This document shows, piece by piece, positions 14,401-27,369 of a stretch of 64,000 bases of DNA. The translations under genes were made by a program, and so were the position numbers. Below the pieces are notes generated by a model. It saw nothing but the letters and a program-made list of their open reading frames with translations. It had not been told where the DNA came from and made no database searches. Location of the stretch: the NCBI GenBank assembly GCA_949358305.1, contig OX442314.1, positions 8,866,001-8,930,000 of the forward strand, in the 5' to 3' direction. The stretch comes from Strigamia acuminata. Taxonomy: Eukaryota. Every line of letters starts with the position of its first letter. Position 1 is the stretch's first letter.

Positions 14401-14557
14401 GTCTGAAATGTACGAAATAACACATTAAACAGCTACATATAAACATTTCGAAGATGGATGCGATTATTAGCGGCGAAATTAGTCGTTAGAATCCGTCGAT
14501 TGCATCGGATTAAACGAGAAATGAAACCGGTCTCACGCTACTTACACCAGACGCCAT
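11438..14557 (-). CDS. EEF1G: Elongation factor 1-gamma (434 aa, 9 exons)
   Basis: Exons 14557-14546, 14402-14244, 13999-13936, 13206-13064, 12999-12726, 12665-12461, 12384-12215, 11783-11659, 11590-11438 sum to 1305 nt. [20 protein letters not shown]-like N-terminus; [31 protein letters not shown]...GKIFK C-terminus. Confidence 0.97.
13282..13425 (-). ncRNA. Candidate box H/ACA snoRNA in EEF1G intron 3
   Basis: Hairpin 1 (CCTC/GAGG lower stem, CAAAACTACT/AGTAGTTTTG upper stem); H box ATATAA 14 nt after the upper stem; hairpin 2 (TTAATTGTA/TACAATTAA); ACA at 13287-13285; ~75 nt upstream of the 3' splice site. Confidence 0.7.
14054..14172 (-). ncRNA. Candidate box H/ACA snoRNA in EEF1G intron 2
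   Basis: H box AGATTA (14129-14124); 3' hairpin CTCGAC-GCTA/TAGC-GTCGGG followed 14 nt later by ACA; the 5' hairpin is weak. Confidence 0.45.
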
Positions 14558-14567
14558 CACGCCGAAT

Positions 14568-14753
14568 CGGAAAAGGAAGCGAAGAAGGAGACGACGACGT
14601 AATTCGCAGTTCCGGTTTGGGCGGCGCATGCGCAGTCGGGTTGGAAAAAATCCTCGCACTTAAAGCTTCACGTCCTCTACAAGTCCAGCTCATTGTGATC
14701 CAGTCTGTTTTTAAACCTTACCTTTTCTGTCGGAACCGTAACAAATCTCCAAG
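14568..14753. promoter_or_regulatory. Bidirectional promoter EEF1G/calcineurin B, with a 5'TOP-like tract and an NRF1-type motif
   Basis: ATGs are 196 bp apart. Minus-strand CTCCTTCTTCGCTTCCTTTTCC lies just upstream of the EEF1G ATG; GCGCATGCGCA at 14624-14634. Confidence 0.65.
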
Positions 14754-17700
14754 ATGGTAAGCGACACGTTTCGTCACTGGTGGCGAAGCGGATTGAGATG
14801 TGTGTGTGTTTTTCAAAGCCATTTTTGCATTTTTCAAGACCGAAAAACGCTCGTTTTAATGTCAGCCCCATCTAGGCCTATGTCTTGCTGGAGGTCTATG
14901 GGAGGACTCGAATGTTTACCACATTTGGTCATTTAGTTGTTTTTAAATGTTGGATTTGTGGCTTTGTTTTAATTTTAGGTCGGTTGGGGGTTTTTTTGCC
15001 TGGTTATTTTCAATTGAAGGCTTCTGTTTGTTCGTTTTATATTTTTATTTTTGTGATTTTTTGATGTATTTTCTTGTTTTTCAGAGTTTTTCAAGAAAAA
15101 GTTGAGTTGAAAGAATGTGTTGAAATGGTTTCAATCACTGATGTTGACAGGACAGTTTGTATTGATTAAAGGAGGTCAATCACCCAATTAAATGTGCTGC
15201 CCAAAATGAGGTTTTCATGGCCTAGTTTTGTATTTTCATTGATGTATACGCTTCGCTTGAAAATGATTAATTTTTAACGCAGTCGATGTAGATTTATTAC
15301 GTTTGCTTTTTTGGTTGTAAAGATATATCGGAGGGACTTTAAAAGCTCGACGCTAATAAATATTTTTACTACCGTCGACTTGCCCACGTTCAATTGCTGT
15401 TCACATGGAAAACGTAATCGAATGGTTCGGTTATGCGGCTGTTATCGTCGTTTTCCACGGGGAAAAGACGGACTTACTGCGAAAGACGAAAACTAGCCGG
15501 AGTTCGTCTTTTCCCTTGGTAATGGACGGTGGCAAAGGGTTTTTATTGGCGTCTGGATTGGAGCTGGTGTCACAGTGTGAGACTGACATTAAATAATGAT
15601 AAAATTAATTTATCGAAGAGATTTGGTTGTAGGTTAATCGCTGTATGAGTTATATGATAAATTAGTGGATATTTCACAATTGAGTTGGTTTTTTTTTTCA
15701 AGTGTTTTATCTGGTTTTATTGCAGGATATTTGATAGATATTTGAGATATCTTGGAATATTTTTTTAAACACTGATTTTCTGCATGTGAGAAAAAGCAGT
15801 GTTTTTTTAAAACTGACTAATCACCTGCCAATAAATTATAATCAATGTCAGGATTTGATGTGATTGCTTCCAACATTACCTGCCAATGTGATTTATATGC
15901 AGAAATATAAAATTATTTTTTTTTAAATTTTTTTTTAATCATTTTTAGATTAAATGATTGGTGTGTTGATGATTTGAGATAAAATTGTAACTGAAACTGC
16001 TTTTATTCATGAGGATGTAATAGAAAACTGTAAACCTAATATACCTCAACTTTAGTTTATATAATTAATGGCATTAAGGCTTGATTCACATAGTGGGAGA
16101 TTGAGTTAACCAATCACAAGCTTGTTGTCAACTAAAGCAAATGTATTTAACCACATTTTGGTCTATGGAGTAACAAAATTCTTGGATGCAGACAGACAGT
16201 GAAATAATCATAAACTTTAAACATGCATGTGAAAAAGAAATGCATAATTTCACATTAATCACACAGTTTCATTTGCTACTTCTGCCAAAATGTGTAATTA
16301 TGGTATGCAACAGCCATTGGAGTCTTGAAATGATGTCATTCATGTATAAAAGGCCATAAATTTACTTTAAGATGAATTATTCAAGGTTTGTGCAATGGAG
16401 ATTGCATTTTTTGTGCATTTTTTTTTGTTTTGTTTTGTTTGTAATGTAATAAATGATTAGGTTTAGTGCTCAGTTTCAGATGAAATTTAAACTTGATGGA
16501 CTGATTGAATTATTAATTTTTTTTTCTTCTCTTTTTTATAGGGAAATGAGAGCTCCCTTCCCATGGAGATGTGCTCCAATTGTAAGTATATAAATTGTAC
16601 ACATTTTATTTTTAATGGCTATTGTGTGCTTATTGAAAAGGAAGAGTGGATTGAATGAAACTAAAAAACATTTGTAAAGTGTTGTTGAAAGTTTGCTTTA
16701 CATTCGGTACATTCAAAGTTTCTATAAACAGCGTTGTTTTAATTTTAAAAAACTGTTATTTTCTTTTAGATTTAATGTGTGGTTTGGTTTTAAATTGGTT
16801 GTTAATGGCTTTGGGGTGGTGGGAGTGTGATTATGTGTTGTGTATGATTATGATTTGTCGGTAATGACCGGTCATTTTGTTTTATCAATTTCAGTCGATC
16901 CAGATGAGATCAAGCGGTTAGGAAAACGGTTTAGAAAGTTGGATTTGGATAATTCAGGGTCCTTGAGCGTGGAAGAATTCATGTCACTGCCTGACTTGCA
17001 ACAGAATCCTTTAGTTCAACGTGTTATAGATATATTCGATACAGATGGTAATGGGGAAGTGGATTTCAAAGGTACGCTATTTGTTGTATTGATTGTGGAA
17101 TTACAGCGCATGTGTTTCTTTGTTCATTTTCAAGTTTATTTGTAATTACAGAATTCATTCAGGGCGTGTCCCAGTTCAGTGTCAAAGGAGATAAAGAATC
17201 AAAGTTAAGATGTGAGTTGGCGGTGAAGAATTATGTGTTGCGCGTGTTTCGTTAGTGCATCGATTGGGTTGAAATTTGCACTTGTAGAATGCCTGAAAGG
17301 TCAAGTGCACTGAGTGGGTTTTTATGAAATTCTCAAAGGAAACAATATAAAAATCCTAGTAGCAGTAGTAGCTGTAGCTTACCCAAAAAGCACGAGTGCA
17401 CTACAAGTATACCCTAGGAACGGGCCTGTGAAATTGTAAATGTAAAAATGATTTTTTAAAAATTACGACAAGGGGCAAGGGGGGCGGTTTTTTTTTTTAA
17501 GCCCAAGGCGCAAAAAAGTGTTAAGACGGCCCTGCGGATCTAGATCCGTGAACCGAGATCAGTCTTCACACTGATCATGGATCTATATTTGCAGCTTCGG
17601 ATGAAATCCAAAATTTTGAACAAGGTATAAGTAAAGCTGTAGGCGGAAGCGCTCTTTACGAATGCAGCAAGGCTAGCTGAATAGTTATGCTGGTGTTTTA

Positions 17701-18965
17701 AGGGGCAGAATTTGGCGCTGGGGTGTCTCTAAATGCGTATAGTCTTATGTCTTGGAGGGTTAATCGATAAAATGCCAATTTTACTAAAAGTAGCCTAAGC
17801 AGGCTACGTTCTTTTCCATTAGCGGTGGCCATATTTTTTGTTTTGATTCTTTTAAATGTTCTTGTCGAATGAATTAACAATTTTTCTTTTTATGATAGTT
17901 GCCTTTCGTATTTACGATATGGATAACGACGGATTTATATCAAACGGTGAACTTTTCCAAGTACTCAAAATGATGGTAGGCAACAATTTGAAAGACACGC
18001 AGTTGCAACAGATAGTGGACAAGACGATTTTGTTCGCGGACAAAGACGAAGATGGCAAGATCTCATTTGAAGAATTTTGTGCCGTAAGATGATATTTACT
18101 CAAAATATTTTTATCCGACAATCCGACCGTTGAGCATGTAATAAGGGCAAAGATGGCTGCGTGGTCGCTCTTGCATGTGTCTCTGTCTAGGAGGAGGAAA
18201 AAAGGTTTACAGTTTGAGTTGTTGAAGTCTGGCAGTTCAAACTTTGCTTCTCATTGACATGCAAATCTTGTCCTATAAACTTCGGGTAATCACAGATTTC
18301 TAGTCTAGGCATTTCTCCAAACTGCTTTTTTACAGTTTAGATGTTTAATTATAAATTCTACACACAGACGGGGGAAGTAGAAAGTATGTTTTTGCTTTTT
18401 GCACTTAGTGGAAACCAATAATGTAGAAAATTAACTTAAAAAACTACAGTTCAGAAGTGGGCAACCTAGTTTTCAATGTAGCCACTGGCAGTGGCAAATG
18501 AGAAGTAAAAATTAAAAAAAATACCATGTTAACACGATGTTTATTTAATTTTTTTGTGGAGCACCATGCATGTTATTATTGATTAATTCGCAAAAATACG
18601 GTATTCCTTGGTGTCTCAGCTGCGGCTGCTATTCGAGGGCGACTTTTAATCGGTAAAATACGGTATACAGGGTGTCTCAGAGTTCATGTTACACAGAAAT
18701 AGGGGGTATAGAAGGCGACCAGGAGGTCACGTTTCCACTAATCAAAAATTCTAAAAAAAAAAAATTTCCATTTAGTCACAGCCCCAAAAACAATGGAAGA
18801 TTTCAAATATTGTGCATCACGCATATCTGTTTCTTTAAATACTGCCAACTAATGGGTCCTTTTAGTAGTTTTTTTCTTCTATAGCCGCTAAATTCAAATT
18901 TTTCTTGTGTTTTTCAGATTGTAGGCAACACAGATGTTCACAAGAAGATGGTTGTTGAAGTATAA
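14754..18965 (+). CDS. PPP3R1: Calcineurin subunit B (170 aa, 6 exons)
   Basis: ATG-only exon 14754-14756, then 16542-16581 ([14 protein letters not shown]), 16895-17071, 17152-17211, 17899-18083, 18918-18965; total 513 nt. Four EF-hands ([36 protein letters not shown]). Confidence 0.97.
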
Positions 18966-20339
18966 GTTGTATAAAGAGGGAAAATATCACATAAGAAAAT
19001 TTTTTTTTTCTTTATTCAACCCTTTAACATTTCTGTGTATGTTCAGAGAACATGATATTCTCCTATGAAGAATGCTGTTGGAGAATATACAATCAACAAT
19101 TTTAAATCCAATTTTGATCCCCTTTTTTTCTTATTACAGAAACAAACCTCATTTGTTATGTATGATAATGAAATTCCTCTTGTTTTTTGAGCCTGGAATT
19201 GTAATTAAGCGTAGTTTTTCACTCTGTTTTTGTTTCGCTTTAACGGCTTTTCAAGCGTGGAATCATGTATATAAATTGCAGTAGTTTCTAATATAGATTT
19301 CTAATTTTTGTTTTTTTTCTTTTGTTTCAATGTGTAAAAGAGTTATCTTTGATATTTATTATATTATTTGTTTAATTGTGTATATTTTGTAAAGGATTGT
19401 TAATTTTTCTTTTTTTTTCAATTTTTTTTTTATACTTTTGTTGTATCTAGTCAGTACAACAAGATGCAGAGTTGTTAAAAATATTCCTAAAAGACAATTT
19501 GTATTAATTTAAATGATGCTAACTTTTGATTTGTTGATTGTTTTTTGTATTTAGACATTTTTGTATTTTTCATCCCTAAAAGAGAAAAAGTTACAATAAA
19601 AACAGAAAAAGTTTAAAAGTCACTATTGCAAATGATGGTTTGACTCATCCAAGAGGATCTGTGGTCATTTTAGACCCATGGACACCAAAAAACTGTCTAG
19701 ACATTGAATTTGGTGAATGATTTAAGGCTTTGAACTAAAGTGACAGTCAGTGCAATTAATTGTTGTTTGTTTTGACATTTTAAGTCAAGCAACATTAGCA
19801 AACTGACAAATACAAGACCAAAAATATATATTAAAATTTATAGATTTATTAGGGAACATTAAGCCATTCAGCCACTAATATATTTGGAAATTTAAATCAT
19901 TTTGGGGTGAAAGATGCAAAATTGTCTATTATATACAAAAGTAATCAATCTAAGGATGTTTGTTTGTTCTAGTTTAAATTAGAAAAAGGTTAGATGTTTG
20001 TCATGACATTTTTACTGTGGGATTGAATTTTTTGATTTATTTTTTCTGTTTGAAATTGTATGTTGTTGTTATTATGTACTCTCATTTTGAATGATTTTGT
20101 TTGAATTTTTTCAGGGTTAGCATTGTTACTCAAAATAATTGACTTAGCGAGACCACAATGGCAGCAGATCTTGCATTTGGAGAAACCCCTGTAGAAATTT
20201 TGAATTTTTTTATCAACAATCTTGCTGAACCGGCTCGGTGCAAAATCCAAGCACGCAGGCTTTGTGGGTGGATTTATAATTACTCATAGTTGTCGTAGGG
20301 CAACGGCCCATTGCGGCAGCATTATAATAGGACCTCGCT

Positions 20340-20523
20340 ATACTCTAAACCGATACAACGTTGACCTAACTCCAGCCGTATCACTAGCGTGTAACGAACT
20401 CCAGACATTGTGATCGATTACCAACACTTGTTTCATTGTCAAAATAAACGGAAATGCTTTTCTGCGTAGTAGAGCACGGTCCACCAATTGGAAATAGGTT
20501 AACGTTGTATCGGTTCAGAGTAT
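20340..20523. mobile_element. Small MITE downstream of the calcineurin B CDS
   Basis: TIR ATACTCTAAACCGATACAACGTTGACCTA / TAGGTTAACGTTGTATCGGTTCAGAGTAT. Confidence 0.7.
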
Positions 20524-22096
20524 ATGTGGGGCCGGCTCAAGATAGGATCGAGTGGTGCAACCTCGCAGGGCGCCAAGACGAATGGGATGCATTGATGAGC
20601 TCAAAATTCACTGACGAGCATTGAAAACAATGACCGCTGATCGAGCTTGAGCCGGCCTTGCTTCTAAGGGCCCCATTTCAGTTGTTGAGTTTACAGAAAC
20701 AGGCCCAAGCTGAGGAGTGGAGCCTTCTGGTTGACTCTAGGGATTGCGGTGCCTCAAAGCGCGAGCCCAAGACAACCACCTTGTCCTGACGTTGGGCCTG
20801 TCGTTACGGCTACAATCTTTTAATTAAAAAGTGTTGTTATTAGTTTCAAAGCTTCAGTCTTATTGCTAGGGGTAACAGTGCCAATCCTGAATTTGTCTTG
20901 CTATATATTGATAATAATTATGGACTTCTCATCACATAGATAAACCAAATGTTTATTGCATGTAAAATTCCCTCCTTTTACTATCTTTCATAACAGTTTG
21001 CTGTTTGCTCTCTCTCTCTCTGTGTCTTATCTCATACTGTAAGTCATTTGTTGATATATACTTTGTTTGCTCTACTCAACTTATGCAGAATAATAATTTA
21101 AAAAAGAAAATGTAGTTAACTTTTGCAAGAAAAACAAACTGATTTTTCAATCTTTTCAACACTAAATCTTGTAAATGGCTTATTTACTCTTGTAAAAAAA
21201 ATAATACAGATTATATATATATACAATATACATATATTATATACAGTGCTTTTATTGTAAAAAAGAATAAATAAATAATTATAATGGTGGTGAAAGGTTT
21301 TAGCAGCAAAAGTGAACTGGTTTTACTAAATTTCAGAAATTGATTTGTTGTTTTGGATGTTTGGCAAGCCCAGTATCACTGTATCATGGAAAATAATGAA
21401 AAAGCACTGATTATTGTATGTATATGTAACCACATGCATAAGTATATATATGTCATGTTTCATTTGTTCTTTGTTCTGTAAATGTTCTTTGTTTGAACAC
21501 TGAGAAAAAATGGTTTGCATTTGGATTTTCTGAGATACATTTTATTTTATTTTTACAAAAGTACAAGTAGTTAAGATGATTAAGAAATTTCATGGTTTTC
21601 ATTTATTTGATTTATTTGTTTTGTTTTATTATTATTATTTTGTTGGTTTTAATTCATGTAGTGTTAAGTTTCACTTTTGAGTTTGATTTTTTCGCTGTAA
21701 AATCCGGCTTATGCTGATATATCCTAGTTTTATAAAGACAATTTTGTTTAATTGGAATGGAATGAATGCTATTTAAATCATAAAATATATTAATAGTGAA
21801 CAACAAAAAAAAAACCCAGAATATCTTTATGCTTTTATTGAATTTGTAAATAACTTACAAGACTGTCATCAGAGGGCTGCCAGCTGTAACATATTCCTTT
21901 ATCAAAATTCATGTATATTGTACCCGCTTACAATTTATTCTGTACTTTTTAAAACATTGGACGAAACAAAAAAAGGAAATAAACGAAAAAAAAAATTGCA
22001 AATTAATTCCCAGTTGAATAATAATAATAAAACCGTTAGAAATTCAAATTTTATTTTCCAATGACACGATTGGTCGGATCTGGCAGGTGGTCAAAC

Positions 22097-25000
22097 ATGG
22101 CGTCGCCGGGCGCGACGTTAGCCGCAGTAATATCGTTAGCAATTGCTTTAACGGCCTACTACTTAAATAGAAACTCAGACGATGTTCTACGGCAAAGATT
22201 GCAAAGTGTTTTATCGGGTCTTTTGCTTAAAGAGCGAGAAGCGAAGCCGATATCGGACCTGAAAATTGCGGTCGGTTTCGGCGCATGTGAAGACCTCGTC
22301 GTTCAAGCCGTAGATATCTTAAATATATCGAAATACGAGAAGTTATTTGACTTGACACCCGTGCATTATGATGTGATAAATAATTTAGAGCAATTGTACA
22401 GAGCTTTTGCGTATTTCTTCATTCATGGAGCTGCTGCGGAGTAAGGAATTTTAATCGATAAAAATCGATGTTTGCAAAATGAGTTGCAAAATAAATTATT
22501 TTTATTTTTATTTTTGCAGGAGATATGTTGGGAATAATATTTTGTTTGATAAATTGGTGAAGGATGCGAGTGAGGTGAAGACGTCGCGGTGGACACTCGG
22601 TGGGAATGCGCCTGTCATTGGGAGTCGGTTCGCGAAGGAAGGAACGAATGTTTTGCTCGGCGCTTCGTTGTCGGGGAATTTGAAGCAGAAATTGCATCCA
22701 AAAATTCAAGGTTTAATGTTAATGGGTTTGATTTTTTTAATAGATTATTATTTTAAATTTTATTATCATTTAAAAAAAAATGATTATTGACTCGAAATTT
22801 GATTTTTTTTGGAGCTACCGGTGTATAAAATTATTCGTTTATTTTAAGTAAAAATTATAATTTTTTTAGTTACAATTTGTTGTTTTTAAGTCACAATGAA
22901 GTTGTTTTTCGAGAAAATTTATCTATTTTTGTCAAATTTGAGCTATTTTTCTTGAAAATCGAGTGAATTTTTGTCCAAATTGGGTTATTTTTGTCAAATT
23001 TGAGTTATTTTGTCGCAATTTGTTATATGTTTGTCGTAATTTGAGTTATTTTTGTTAAATTTGAGTTATTTTTGTTAAATTTGAGTTATTTTTGTCAAAT
23101 TGGAGTTATTTTTCATGAAAATCGAGTGAATTTTTGTCAAAATTGGATTATTTTAGTCTTAATTTGAGTTATTTTGTCGTAATTTGAGTTATTTTGTCGT
23201 AATTTGAGTTATTTTATCGTAATTTGAGTTAATTTAGGAAAAAAAAATTTTTTTTTTTTAAAGATTTAAATTAATTTTTCAAGTTTTACAATCAAATTAT
23301 CATTTAATTTTTTTGTCTTTTTAAACTCAGTAACCGGAAGCAATTTACAAAAGGATGACATCCATTTGATATTGGAGTATCCCACGGGACAAATTTGGGG
23401 TCCGTATCAAACCCACAGAGCAAACAGGTAGAAAATCAAAAACCAAAAAACATGAACGAAAAATATCATTTTTTTTTCATTTTAACCCCGCTATTTGAAG
23501 ATTTATCATTCATAACGATCGAAACAATCCAACTTTAACTGGAATTGACGAGTTTCGCCAACATTTGAAGGAATACAACGCCGATTTGCTCGTTATAAGT
23601 GGATTGCAAATGATGGATAATTTCCCATTCCGAGAAGGTATTGCTTTTTACTTAACTCCACATGGTAAACTGTGAAAAAATACATACTCCGTATATGTTT
23701 ATATTTTATTTTATGGTTTTCCATGTGGGAAAAAATCCATTTCCTTAAAACATGCGGGAAGTCTTTTTATTTATTTCACCATTATTATTACATTATTATT
23801 TTGTATAGCAATTATTTCCATATTTAAACCATGAAAAATTCCCTGCGTGTGATGGTGTCTTGGTGTGTTGAAATCAATTTCACATAAATTGGATGTTTTA
23901 GGCCTAAAAATGGATGTTTTTGTTCTAAAAATGTATGTTTTTGGGCTAAAATGGATGTTTTGGAGCTAAAAATGGATGTTTTTGGCCTAAAAAAATGGAT
24001 GTTTTTGGCCTAAAAAAATGGATGTTTTTGGCCTAAAAAAATGGATGTTTTTGGCCTAAAAAAATGGATGTTTTTGGCCTAAAAAAATGGATGTTTTTGG
24101 CCTAAAAAAATGGATGTTTTTGGCCCAAAAATATGGATGTTTTTGGCCTAAAAAAATGGATGTTTTTGGCCTAAAAAAATGGATGTTTTTGGCCTAAAAA
24201 AATGGATGTTTTTGGCCTAAAAAAATGGATGTTTTTGGCCTAAAAAAATGGATGTTTTTGGCCCAAAAATATGGATGTTTTTGGCCTAAAAAAATGGATG
24301 TTTTTGGCCTAAAAAAATGGATGTTTTTGGCCTAAAAAAATGGATGTTTTTGGCCTAAAAAAATGGATGTTTTTGGCCTAAAAAAATGGATGTTTTTGGC
24401 CTAAAAAAATGGATGTTTTTGGTCTAAAAAAATGGATGTTTTTGGCCTAAAAAAATGGATGTTTTCGACTTAAAAATGACTTTTTTTGGCCTAAAATTTT
24501 TTTTCTTCATTTTTATTTGACTATTTTTTTAGGTATCCGACTGGACCGTATTCTCAAAGTGCAACAAATCATGACATCCCAACGCCAAAGCGCCCGCGTG
24601 CACTTCGAAATGGCCTCGTTCACCGACGAAACTCTCCTCGCCGACCTCACCCAATACGTGCTCCCCTTCGCCGACTCCATCGGCATGAACGAACAAGAAC
24701 TCACCAACCTGCACACCCTCCTCCTCTACGGCAACGTGAGTCTCGTCTCCGACGCCCGGCCCCGCATCGCCTCCGTCCTCGACCAAATGCGCCACACATT
24801 CCGCCTTTTACGCAAAACGCGCGTCGACCGCACGCACCGACAGCTCACGCGCCTGCACGTGCACACGCTGGCCTACCAAGCGATCATGACCGAGGCGGGC
24901 TCGGCCTGGAAGAACAGTCCGGCCGCCGTGGCCAAGGCGTCGCTCACGGCGCACCGACACACGTGCGGCACGCGCCGGGTGGACGTGGACAAGGCGCAGT

Positions 25001-25221
25001 TGTTGGTGGACGAGTCGTTCGCCACGAGTCAGACGACGGGCAGTCGGCGAATGCCGTTCGATGCCGACTCGCCGGTCGTTTGTTGGGAGGAGAAGGACGA
25101 TGTTGCGGATAACTTCGCTTTTCGCGTTTGTATCGCGCCGGTTTTGGTCTGTACCAAAGTGCTGCAGACGGCCGGTGGTGGCGATAATATTTCGGCTGCC
25201 GGATTGGTTTATCAGATTTGA
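22097..25221 (+). CDS. ADPGK: ADP-dependent glucokinase (485 aa, 5 exons)
   Basis: Exons 22097-22440, 22520-22710, 23331-23427, 23501-23637, 24533-25221 total 1458 nt. N-terminal hydrophobic anchor, GAAAER, GGNAP, HFEMAS, DSIGMNEQEL, TAGGGDNISAAG motifs. Confidence 0.95.
22930..23235. repeat. Intronic minisatellite, ~20-bp unit (AATTTGAGTTATTTTTGTCA)
   Basis: Tandem units in ADPGK intron 2. Confidence 0.85.
23888..24470. repeat. Intronic minisatellite, 22-bp unit (AAAAAATGGATGTTTTTGGCCT)
   Basis: About 25 near-identical units in ADPGK intron 4. Confidence 0.97.
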
Positions 25222-25765
25222 TTTCAGTTTCAGATTTGATTTCAGTTTTTTTGTTTGTGTTTTTGTTTATTCATATTTTTTAATATACACGTTAATTAAT
25301 ATTTTGTCCATTTTTATACACTTTGTTGTTTTTTTGTGTTTGTAATTGTTGAGAATTAATAAAATTGTCTTAATATATTGATTTGGGTGTTTTTTGGTTG
25401 AATTTATTTTTTATTTAGCGGTTATTGATGATTTTTTTAAGATTTGGAATTTTGAGATCGCCGCCATAGTTCCGCTATCGGATACACGCAGCACGACTCT
25501 CACTGTTTAAATTAAATTAAAATCGTAAACACAGTGGAAAACAATTAAATGAATGTACGAATTAATTTTTTGCTCGTAATAAGAAAAATTTAAAACCAAG
25601 CTCCATTACCAACATATTTTATAAAGAATTTAAACATACATTCCTGGAATCTAACATGGAGAGTCGTACTGCGTCTATCACAACTCAGCTGTAGTGGCAG
25701 CATCTGCGCATGCGTGATTAAACGACGGCCACAAATGAGCGCGGATTTCGCACCCAAGATTAAAC

Positions 25766-26635
25766 ATGGTAATGACTCAATTCTGGTACATTTACCGTTT
25801 AATAAACGATTGTTCGATCTTTTCTAGTCGAAGAAACGTGGACTGAGCGTGGAGGAGAAACGACAACGACTTAGCGAGTTATTTTACGAAACCGTAAATA
25901 AATAAATATAAAAAAAATCCAAATAAGCAAATTTATTTATTTGTTTATTACAGAACGATTTCTACCAACTCAAGGAATTAGAAAAAATCGCATCAAAGGA
26001 GAAAGGAATCGTCCTGCAATCCGTCAAAGAAATCTTGCAGAGTCTAGTCGACGACAATTTGGTCGATTCCGAAAAAATAGGAACTTCCGTTTATTTTTGG
26101 TCATTTTCCAGCAAAGCGATCAACAATGTAAATAAATTAAAACAACAAATAAATTGTTATTTTTCTACATTTATTATGTTTAACACGCAGAGGAAGAGGA
26201 AATTGGAAGATTTGACCGCGAAAACGGACGAGACGAGCAAAAAGATCAAATCCAAGGAGAAATTGATCAAAGATCTCGAAATCGGACGAGGAGATTCGGA
26301 TAATCGTCAGGAGAAAATGGCGGAACTCGAACGGGTCAAGAAAGAGCACGAAAATTTGTGCGGCGAAGTGGGAAAATACAAACATTCGGATCCGGACTTT
26401 TACGCGGATTTGGCGCGCCAAGCGAGTCGGGCAAAGATCGGCGCCAACAGATGGACAGGTTGATGAAATTTTGTTGAAAATTGTTTTTTTATTTTTTTAT
26501 TTACGTACTTATTTTTATTTTTGTTTAGATAATATTTTCTGCATAAAGTCGTGGTGTAAGAATAAGTTTGGGATGGAGGAGAAGGATTTGAACAAAGCTT
26601 TTGACATTCCTGAAGATTTGGATTACATCGAGTAA
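25766..26635 (+). CDS. MND1: Meiotic nuclear division protein 1 (205 aa, 5 exons)
   Basis: Exons 25766-25768, 25828-25893, 25954-26127, 26191-26458, 26529-26635 total 618 nt. [54 protein letters not shown]. Confidence 0.96.
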
Positions 26636-26904
26636 TTGCTTCGTGTATCGTGTTTTTTGTTTTTTTTTACAATTAAATATTGAGTTAAGTTGGAAAAATG
26701 TGTTTTTATGCTTTATTAATTTTTAAGTGCAAAATTTAACTTGTTTTGGTGAAAATATAAAAAATTTCACTTTACGCAAATTTTAAGAAGAAAAACTCAT
26801 TTTCAGATGAACATGTGCAATTTTTGTGCAAAAATGTGTAATTAAATGCAATAGCCTAATTGAAAGCAGAAGTGTGCATCGTTAGATGTAAAAATCTGAT
26901 TTTT

Positions 26905-27175
26905 GTTGCAAAAAATTGCACTTTCAAGTAGAAATTTGCAAAAAATTGCATTTTTAAGAAGAAAATTTGCAAAAAAAATTGCATTTTTAAGTGGAAATTT
27001 GCAAAAAATTGCATTTTTAAGAAGAAATTTGGAAAAAAATTGCATTTTTAAGTGGAAATTTGCAAAAGAATTTGCCTTTTTAAGTGGAAATTTGCAAAAA
27101 AATTCCCTTTTTATGCGGAAATTTGCAAAAAATTGCATTTTTAAGTGGAAATTTGCAAAAAAATTGAATTTTTAA
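26905..27175. repeat. Minisatellite, ~33-bp unit (GAAATTTGCAAAAAATTGCATTTTTAAGTG)
   Basis: Tandem units between the convergent MND1 and BRMS1L 3' ends. Confidence 0.9.
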
Positions 27176-27369
27176 GTATAAAAAACGTGTTTTAAGTCTG
27201 AATACGCAACTTTTACATACAAATACACATACTTTTTTTCAATTTTTATTTGCAAAACAAAAAAAAAACCGCTTGAAAACGTTTTATTACAAAATATTGA
27301 TAGAATGAAACATGAATATGACAATGTGATAAAATCTGTACATGAATAAATCTGGCAACAAAAATCCCT

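Noticed and set aside
23888..24470. Regular direct repeats resembling a CRISPR array
   Set aside because: Head-to-tail units with no unique spacers, no cas genes and a eukaryotic intron context.
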